Assembly (NCBI GenBank): GCA_963696295.1
Contig: CAVOJR010000001.1
Span: forward strand, 2,112,001-2,176,000
Direction of reading: 5' to 3'
From: an uncultured Chlamydiae bacterium
GTDB taxonomy: Bacteria > Chlamydiota > Chlamydiia > Chlamydiales > JAJFMB01
DNA: 64,000 nucleotides
Below the pieces are notes generated by a model that made no database searches, had not been told where the DNA came from, and was given only the letters and a program-made list of their open reading frames with translations. Positions 57,428 to 64,000 of the stretch are shown piece after piece (within the stretch, counting starts at the first letter, position 1; every line of letters starts with the position of its first letter). The position numbers and the translations under genes were made by a program.

Positions 57428-59125
57428 TCATTTCTTCAATTTGGAAATGGCGTTCATTCCGTCAAACTTCGTCATCCCTTTTGGATCTATTCCTTGAGAC
57501 CGCAGAAAATAGGCTTGCTTGGAGGTAATGGGTTCACTAGCCATTAAGCGTCTCTTTTGATTCTTGATCCCAATAATCCGTCTAATCTCTATCGCTGCTT
57601 CTGCCTTGCTCATCCCCTCAATAAAAGCTCCCTCCTTTTGTAGGAAAGCTCGCTGGTTATTTGTAAGGGGTGAGTCGGACTTCAACCAAGATTTGCTTCG
57701 ATCGGCTAAGGTGACCTTTAAATTACGCCTGCCGAAGTCTTCAGAAACACCGCTACAGTAATCTAATGGGATGGGGATGCTGACTATAGATTGAGATGTT
57801 CCATCTGGATAGAACACCTTTGCCGTATAGCTTCCCTCTGCTGTTGGAGTCATCACAATTTCGCGATTATCGTCGTCGAGAAGGCTCCACACTCCACTGC
57901 CAAGCTCCACCCAGCAAAATCGGCTTGCTCCTACTATATCAAAGGATCGATCGCTTGTTTCTACACCACCGATTCGAGGAGTTCTATCTACTTCTTCAAC
58001 TTCATCCTCATCATCAATCTCTTCGCTCTCTTCATCCATCAAGAAGGTGGCCTCGGGGACAATACAGTTTAGCTGCATGATGTTATCAAGGGAATGACCT
58101 TTGTCTGTAAAATCGAGAAGTAAACAATTTTCCTTTCCGGGATGCTTTCTGAGCCCTCTGCCAACAGACTGAATGTACAATGTCTGTGATTTTGTTGGTC
58201 TTGCCATTATCACACAACTAATTGAACTTTCATCAAAGCCCTCGGTTAAAACTCCACAGCTGGTCGCCACTTGAATGTTGCTCTTTTTAAGATCATCCAG
58301 GACTTTGACTCGATCCTCCTTATCCATATCGCCCCAAACAGGCTCCGCTTTGATTCCAGCTTCTTTAAATGCTGCTGCTAGGTCGTGGCAATGCTTGACA
58401 TCACAGCAAAAGGAAATTGTCTTTCGGTCTCCTCCATATTCCTTAAACTTTTGAACGATAAATTGGTTTCGCTCGGGGAGATTTATTGCTTCAGATAGTT
58501 CAGTTATTGAGAAGTCACCATTTTGAATGCGGATGCGCTCAAGCGTGAGATTTGTCAAGATGCGCCTTGCCACAATGGGGGCAAGAAATCCCCCTTTGAT
58601 CATCGTTCCCACGCTGCGGGCAAAGGTGATCTTTTGGAAGACAGAGCCAAGACCTTCTCGGTCAATGGTCGCTGAGACTCCTAGTAGAAGCTTGGAAGAC
58701 CTCTCTCCAAAGCCTAATTCCTGTATAATGGTAAGGTAGGTGGAGGATACGCTATGATGGGCCTCGTCTATCATTAAAACCTCAAAGCCCTGTTTTTTCA
58801 GCTCTTCAAGTCGCTTCGCCCGGCTGCATGTTTGTATACTTCCGATTACAACCTGACAGTCGATCTCATTAAGCTCCGCTTTGCAGATGCCGACATCAAC
58901 ATTGGGCCACACAAGGCGAAACTTATCCCGCGCTTGTGTGATCAACTCTTCTCTATGGGCAAGAACTAAAGTCTTCTTGTTGAAGTGTTTAGCAATAGCA
59001 CTCATGATAATTGTTTTTCCGCTGCCGGTCGGTAAACTTAAAATTTGAGAGGTTATTCCAGCATGATATTCATTGATCACTGCTTCGAGAGCTTCTTGCT
59101 GAAAATGACGCAAGGCTATTGTCAT
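57428..59125 (-). CDS. SF2 DEAD/DEAH-box helicase (ResIII/Irc3-like)
   Basis: LRHFQ Q-motif, LPTGSGKT, AHREEL, IDEAHH, SAT, LTEGFD, RPT.S..Y.QSVGRGLR. Confidence 0.92.
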   Translation of the reverse strand: MTIALRHFQQEALEAVINEYHAGITSQILSLPTGSGKTIIMSAIAKHFNKKTLVLAHREELITQARDKFRLVWPNVDVGICKAELNEIDCQVVIGSIQTCSRAKRLEELKKQGFEVLMIDEAHHSVSSTYLTIIQELGFGERSSKLLLGVSATIDREGLGSVFQKITFARSVGTMIKGGFLAPIVARRILTNLTLERIRIQNGDFSITELSEAINLPERNQFIVQKFKEYGGDRKTISFCCDVKHCHDLAAAFKEAGIKAEPVWGDMDKEDRVKVLDDLKKSNIQVATSCGVLTEGFDESSISCVIMARPTKSQTLYIQSVGRGLRKHPGKENCLLLDFTDKGHSLDNIMQLNCIVPEATFLMDEESEEIDDEDEVEEVDRTPRIGGVETSDRSFDIVGASRFCWVELGSGVWSLLDDDNREIVMTPTAEGSYTAKVFYPDGTSQSIVSIPIPLDYCSGVSEDFGRRNLKVTLADRSKSWLKSDSPLTNNQRAFLQKEGAFIEGMSKAEAAIEIRRIIGIKNQKRRLMASEPITSKQAYFLRSQGIDPKGMTKFDGMNAISKLKK

Positions 59126-59242
59126 AGGCCACTTATCCATAAACACTAATAAATGAATTGTATTCAATGCAGGGATATATTTCATTACATAAAATACTGA
59201 AAATGTATATAATTAATGTAATTCACAAAGCGTAGGTGCAGA

Positions 59243-59641
59243 ATGACATTGATTATCGTAAACGGTCGCATGGGCAATAAACCTGAGGTAAAGCAATCCA
59301 AAAATGGAACGAACTACCTCTCTTTCAGCTTGGCATTTTCAGAGAAGAAAGGGCAGAAAGAGGAAACCACCTGGTATCGCTGCATGTGGATGCATGGAGA
59401 TAACTCTTCCATCGCCACCTATTTAGATAAAGGCAGCTCCGTTTCTGTTGTAGGTAGATTGCAAAAGCCAAAAGTGTACACGAATAGAAACGGTAATCAT
59501 GAAATCGATCTTACAATCTTCGTCTCAGATGTGAACTTTTTGCCCTCTTCAAAACCTGCTGAAAAGGGGGAATACGCCGCAAGCATGTCCATTCATTCAG
59601 GCGCTCAAGAGAAGATCGAGGAAGACGGCCTCCCATTCTAG
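59243..59641 (+). CDS. ssb: Single-stranded DNA-binding protein
   Basis: GRMGNKPE, FSLA, TTWYRC, LDKGS.V.V.GRL, C-terminal EDGLPF. Confidence 0.9.
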   Translation: MTLIIVNGRMGNKPEVKQSKNGTNYLSFSLAFSEKKGQKEETTWYRCMWMHGDNSSIATYLDKGSSVSVVGRLQKPKVYTNRNGNHEIDLTIFVSDVNFLPSSKPAEKGEYAASMSIHSGAQEKIEEDGLPF

Positions 59642-59756
59642 AGCTACTCAAAAAATCATATCAATTTACAGTAAATACCAGCATTTCTGATAATACCTCC
59701 ATATATTGCAACACATGCAATATAAATTAAATATCATAATTCTATCTTGAGGATTT

Positions 59757-59963
59757 ATGAAATTCTATACAGTACTATCGATGATTACTTTATCTGTTAT
59801 GTGCTCTTTCATAACTGGTTGTGCTGCTGGATCTGCTACAGCAGGATATGCACTTAAATCGCAATCAGCTGACAGTTTAACAGCTAGTGCAGAGGAAAGA
59901 CTCGTTAATAGAGTCAAACGCGAAATTATGCAGGAAATTGCCACTAAAGAGACTACGATTTAA
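59757..59963 (+). CDS. Small lipoprotein
   Basis: Signal with lipobox ITG-C; RBS GAGGA. Confidence 0.7.
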   Translation: MKFYTVLSMITLSVMCSFITGCAAGSATAGYALKSQSADSLTASAEERLVNRVKREIMQEIATKETTI

Positions 59964-60005
59964 TAAATTTACAAATTACATTCTAACAAAAATGCGAGAA
60001 TTTTT

Positions 60006-60475
60006 ATGAAATTAATCAATATAATAACATTGTGTTTGTTTTTTGCTCGTTTAAATTGCATTCTCAACAAGCGGAATTTAAGCAGTTGCTTTCTATAAAC
60101 CTTTCGGAAATAGCCAGCTTGGGCTCTCATGATTCAAACGGAGAAATATCCGCTGCATTATCTTTTGGAAATGATGTTTTATCGGATGACCTTTCTCCAA
60201 GGTTTGCCCAAAATGAAACAAAAATATTTAAAGCTTATGCTGTGGCAATTCAAACGTTAGAAGGATATACCTTTCATGTTGCGGATTATCGTGACGGAAG
60301 TCGCATTGTCACATGCTTAGATGGCGAGATGGTAGGTTATCAAGGTATAGCTCTCAATGGTGAACAAGTGAATGAGTCCAAAGATGTCGAGTGGTTCTCT
60401 AATTATTTTGTTCATACATATCCAGGTGGAAAAGTTTACTCATACCCAAAGAAACAAACAGTGATTTTAAACTAA
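60006..60475 (+). CDS. Exported protein, signal peptide out of frame at a T6 run (60039-60044)
   Basis: ATG 60006 MKLINIITLCLFF joins the 60032-60475 frame (CSFKLHSQQ) if one T is added. Confidence 0.5.
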
Positions 60476-60488
60476 CTGTATCCGATTA

Positions 60489-60776
60489 TCATTTAAGGGG
60501 TCGTCCAGCCCTGAGCTGGGCTTCCCTCTTCTTAAACCTTCCTCCATTTCCATTCTCAGCTTTGGTTATAGCTTCTCTAAGGGCATCTTCGACAAATTGG
60601 GCGACAGTAAGTCGATGCCAATAAACGATATCTTTCACACCCTCTATGACCTCTCGGCCTATTTGAACGGTTATCCGCTCTTTGATGGAGGGCTGCTGTT
60701 TTTTTGCTGTTGCTGTTTGTTTTATCTGTTTAGCTTTTGAAGGGGATTTTTCTTTGGGTGGTGGTGTGCGCGCCAT
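60489..60776 (-). CDS. Ribbon-helix-helix (CopG/ParG-like) DNA-binding protein
   Basis: KERITVQIGREVIEGVKDIVYW.RLTVAQFVEDALREAI beta-alpha-alpha pattern. Confidence 0.65.
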   Translation of the reverse strand: MARTPPPKEKSPSKAKQIKQTATAKKQQPSIKERITVQIGREVIEGVKDIVYWHRLTVAQFVEDALREAITKAENGNGGRFKKREAQLRAGRPLK

Positions 60777-60984
60777 TTGTTTTCCTTTTCGTTCCGCATT
60801 GAAGAGATTTCCATATTTACCAAAAATACTGTTAATCCTGTTTTTCTGCATCACTTTTGTCACGTCACCGGTCGGTAGCGTGACAAAGTTTTCGGTTCTT
60901 ATGTTTATTTATTGGCTTCAATTGATAGGTTGTGTATGATCAATGTATAGTTAATGAACACCAAAATAGCAGTGAGAGCTCAAA

Positions 60985-61662
60985 ATGAGATTAATCGCCT
61001 ACATACGTGTTAGCACAGATAGCCAAGCGGAAAGCGGAGCAGGACTTCAGGCTCAAATGGATGCTTGTGAAAAATATGCGAAGAGCCATGGATTAACTAT
61101 CCACATGATTTATAAGGATGAAGGTGTAAGCGGAGCTGCTGAATTGGAAGACCGTCCTGGTCTCATGAGCGCTTTGAACGAGCTGCAAAAAAGTGATATC
61201 CTGCTTTGCTCAAAAAGGGATAGGCTGGCTAGGGGTGATCACATGGCGATGATTCAATGGCAAGTGAATAAGAGAAAAGCGAGGATTGTTAGCGTGGCCG
61301 GGGAAGGGACCGAGGGCGAATTAAACGATCCCATGTCCTACATGATGCGCGGAATGACCGACCTCTTCGCCGGCTTTGAGCGCCTCCTCATCAAATCGAG
61401 GACTAAAGCCGCTCTCCAAGCCATGAAAGCACAAGGAAAGCGCATTGGCCATGTTCCCTTTGGCTTCAAGCTAATGCAAGATGGGGTTTATCTAGAAGAA
61501 TGCCCAGATGAACAGGAAATATTAAGACAAATGGGAGAGCTAAGGGCTGAAGGGCTCTCCATTCGAGAAATTGCTCGAGCATTGAATGAGCGTGGAGCTT
61601 TTAACCGAGGGGGGAGCAATTGGAATCACGGAAGTGTTCACCGCATACTAAAGGCCGCATAG
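60985..61662 (+). CDS. Serine recombinase (resolvase family with C-terminal recombinase domain)
   Basis: YIRVST catalytic Ser, DEGVSG, RPGL, DRLAR, ER..I..RT, PFG. Confidence 0.92.
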   Translation: MRLIAYIRVSTDSQAESGAGLQAQMDACEKYAKSHGLTIHMIYKDEGVSGAAELEDRPGLMSALNELQKSDILLCSKRDRLARGDHMAMIQWQVNKRKARIVSVAGEGTEGELNDPMSYMMRGMTDLFAGFERLLIKSRTKAALQAMKAQGKRIGHVPFGFKLMQDGVYLEECPDEQEILRQMGELRAEGLSIREIARALNERGAFNRGGSNWNHGSVHRILKAA

Positions 61663-62075
61663 AAGAAAAACTGGACAAACTTGCCGAGAGCGTCTCAATG
61701 CTCCCGGATGATCGTATAGATGAGTTTAAAGGGCTCCTCAATAAAAAGGCTTATTCTACTATGGATGCTGCCGGAATACTTGGGATATCCGTTTCAACCT
61801 TGCGCCGCCTCATGAGAACCGGCCGCATCAAATATTTCCGCATTAACCATCATATACGCATTCTAGCCTCTGAAATAGAACGTTTTCAAAGCGACATCAG
61901 CATCAATGAGGCCGCCGACATCTTGGGCGTTCATACTGTGACAATTCGCCGTTTAATCGAAAGTGGTAAGCTCCCAGCTCATAAAGTTGGTAGACCCTAC
62001 CGAATTGCTGTTGTTGATTTACACAAGCTAATGGTAAGCGAAATACCGGAAAACAAGATCATTCCTTTTAAATAA
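61620..62075 (+). CDS. Tandem excisionase/MerR-type HTH protein (start uncertain, possibly 61698)
   Basis: Two repeats: DAAGILGISVSTLRRL..TGRI and EAADILGVHTVTIRRLIESGKL.A.KVGR.YRI; adjacent to attR. Confidence 0.8.
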   Translation: MESRKCSPHTKGRIEEKLDKLAESVSMLPDDRIDEFKGLLNKKAYSTMDAAGILGISVSTLRRLMRTGRIKYFRINHHIRILASEIERFQSDISINEAADILGVHTVTIRRLIESGKLPAHKVGRPYRIAVVDLHKLMVSEIPENKIIPFK

Positions 62076-62267
62076 ACAGTCAACGAAGGGGAACATCTTA
62101 TTCCCTAAATCTCCATCAAGTCTTAAATTCATGGGACTCCCGTGGGACACTACGTCACACTACTTCCCATAACAAGACGTTATTTCCCATTACATTGACT
62201 ACCTTTTCCATGGTATAATACATAATGGGATGTTAGGGGGCGTTATGAAACGTAACGAAAAGAGGTA

Positions 62268-62324
62268 GGACTTAAAATCCCTTGGGCTTCGGCCCGTGCG
62301 GGTTCGAGTCCCGCTTCGAGCACA
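62268..62324 (+). repeat. attR core (duplicated 3' part of tRNA-Leu)
   Basis: 57 bp identical to 45070-45126; lacks the tRNA 5' half. Confidence 0.95.
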
Positions 62325-62953
62325 CTGATTACACCTTTCTTCTTCTTCTTCTTCTCGGAGCTTCAGTAGCAAGAAGAACTTTCTCTTCAGACACAAGAAC
62401 TTTCTCTTCAGAAGCAAGAGCTGCATCAGCTGCTGCAAGAGCTTCATCTAAAGTAGCTAAATCAGGTAAAGGAAACACTCCCCCTTTTAGTTTTTTTAAT
62501 TCTAGAAATTGCAGTCTTATCATAATTACCTCCCAACTAACATCCATCTTTGATTATAACATGTTTTATAATAAAATGAAATGGCAGGCGTAGGCATGGA
62601 TCCATGAAAAGCGAGTCTAGTAAATTATGATCGCTTATTCTTTAATCTTTCTTAATCTTGTTAAATGAAATTTAATTTCAAACATGGATGCATAAGAGGT
62701 GGTTATGAGAAAATTGCAAGATTTAGAGTTATGAGCCATTAGAGGACAAGGGAGAAAAATGTAGCTGACTCACAATTAAGTTCCCTTGAACTCATTCCTT
62801 CTTTTGACTCTTTTAGCGGCGATGTACCAGTCTATAAGGAGCCTGATGGTCTTCAAGTTGTTTGGGTATATATCCCGGTGCGTTTAAGATTTTGCTTAAA
62901 GGCTAATCCTTGCTATATTTTCTAGCGTGAGAGCCTGAGGATGAGGACAAGAA

Positions 62954-63487
62954 GTGAGGGCGATGAAGGCTTCAAATAAACTGATTTTGCACATTCTTAA
63001 AAAAGATGATCTGACAGGTCTTATTAAGACATTCACTTTTCCATGGAGTTCTCCTCAAGCAACTCAAGAAAAATGGGAGCGTTATTACACGGAACAGCAA
63101 GCAAACATTCGCATAGTCTGTATCGCGAAAATTGGCGATGAATTCATTGGCTATGGCAGCTTATTGAATAATACGGAATACCCAGAATTCAAGAATCTCG
63201 GCATTCCAGAGATCAACGACGTTTGGATTTCAGAAGAATATCGGGGGAAAGGATTTGGAAAAAGATTGGTCCAGCATTTGGAGGCGATTGCTCTAGAAGA
63301 AAACCACAAGCAAGTTGGAATTGGAGTTGGACTATATAAAGATTATGGGTTTGCTCAGAAGCTATATGTTCGGATGGGATACATTCCTGATGGTAATGGA
63401 GTGACCTACAAATATCAGCCTGTCACCCCGGGAGATTCGTATCCTGTAGATGATGACCTCATTATTTGGTTTAAAAAGGATTTATAA
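62954..63487 (+). CDS. GNAT family acetyltransferase
   Basis: EINDVWISEEYRGKGFG, GIGVGL, AQKLY..MGY. Confidence 0.88.
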   Translation: MRAMKASNKLILHILKKDDLTGLIKTFTFPWSSPQATQEKWERYYTEQQANIRIVCIAKIGDEFIGYGSLLNNTEYPEFKNLGIPEINDVWISEEYRGKGFGKRLVQHLEAIALEENHKQVGIGVGLYKDYGFAQKLYVRMGYIPDGNGVTYKYQPVTPGDSYPVDDDLIIWFKKDL

Positions 63488-64000
63488 TCATTCGATCTGC
63501 AATCCTGGATCGATTCTTATGGGCTCGTGGACGGGGGCGTAGCGCGCATCGACATGGCTGCAATTGGCAAAAGTAATCCCATCGGCTTGCACAGTTTTGC
63601 CGCCCTGCTCATGGATGTGTCCGAAGAGGCAAAAGCGGGGCCTGACCCTAAAGATGGCCTGGCGAAGCATCTCGCTGCCAACCCGGCCGTTGGGGCAGCT
63701 GTCCTGGATGCCATAGGGGGGGAATGGGCTATATTGTCAGGCGAATTGGTTCTTCAGCTGAAACTCGCTTTTCACAGCGAAGGCCATGCAATGGGGGTTT
63801 TGTCCGGTAAATCGGCCGGTGTAGAGCGATCCCCATATCTTTAGGCCTTCGAACTCGGCGCCCGAATCGCACAGGTAGTGAAGGCCGCTAAATACATACG
63901 AGCCATTTTCAAGCAAGTTTTCATGGTTGCCTCCGATCACGACTTTGCATCGATAGGGGAGCTTTTTGAGCCAGTCCTCAAACTCTTCGTGTTGTCGCGA
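63488..64000 (-). pseudogene. Calcineurin-like metallophosphoesterase, partial and frameshifted near 63740
   Basis: VIGGNHE in one frame; HSPPYG...GS..L and LFGHIHE in another. Confidence 0.65.

Larger units (their letters stand above)
45070..62324. mobile_element. tRNA-Leu-integrated element (17,198-bp excisable unit), plasmid-replicon/phage-satellite hybrid
   Basis: 57-bp att repeats, adjacent intact integrase, DnaB, iterons, terminase, SSB, serine recombinase, excisionase-like HTH genes. Confidence 0.92.

Noticed and set aside
61640..61700. -1 frameshift fusing the serine recombinase to the tandem HTH ORF at CTA-AAG
   Set aside because: The frames would allow it, but the recombinase ends at a natural-looking point, ATG 61698 is a plausible start, and no stimulatory structure was seen.
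62268..62324. Second tRNA-Leu gene
   Set aside because: Lacks the 5' acceptor strand and D-arm; it is the att duplication.
45070..62324. Complete prophage or conjugative ICE
   Set aside because: No recognisable capsid, portal, tail or lysis genes, and no relaxase or T4SS genes within the att boundaries.

Overview
This window is chromosomal DNA from an environmental Chlamydiae bacterium. The call rests on a GrgA-like gene beside gapA and on the sufE...infA-tRNA-Thr-tuf-tRNA-Trp-secE-nusG-rplK-rplA-rplJ-rplL-rpoB-rpoC-tal gene order; LexA and HicAB point to a non-Chlamydiaceae lineage. The first 28 kb holds housekeeping genes and likely secreted or effector genes. These include tandem single-domain ClpB-type ATPases, an Inc-like protein, a nicotinamidase with an N-terminal extension, an apparently non-cleavable LexA and a family of three proline-rich paralogs. 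The tuf-rpoC block (28.4-40.2 kb) is heavily frameshifted, almost certainly an assembly or polishing artefact. An 11-unit tandem array of 40-43 bp, derived from the rpoC terminator, lies between the convergent rpoC and tal genes. The main finding is a 17,198-bp element integrated at tRNA-Leu(TAA) and bounded by 57-bp perfect direct repeats. It carries an intact tyrosine integrase and what looks like the chlamydial plasmid replication core: a catalytically dead Pgp8-like recombinase, a Pgp1-like DnaB, a Pgp2-like protein and 3 x 22-bp iterons. It also carries tailed-phage terminase genes and a 940-aa ejection-protein-like ORF, but no recognisable capsid, portal or tail genes. This suggests a plasmid-derived phage satellite in Chlamydiae. 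All protein assignments come from motif reading and recalled sequences; no database search was run.
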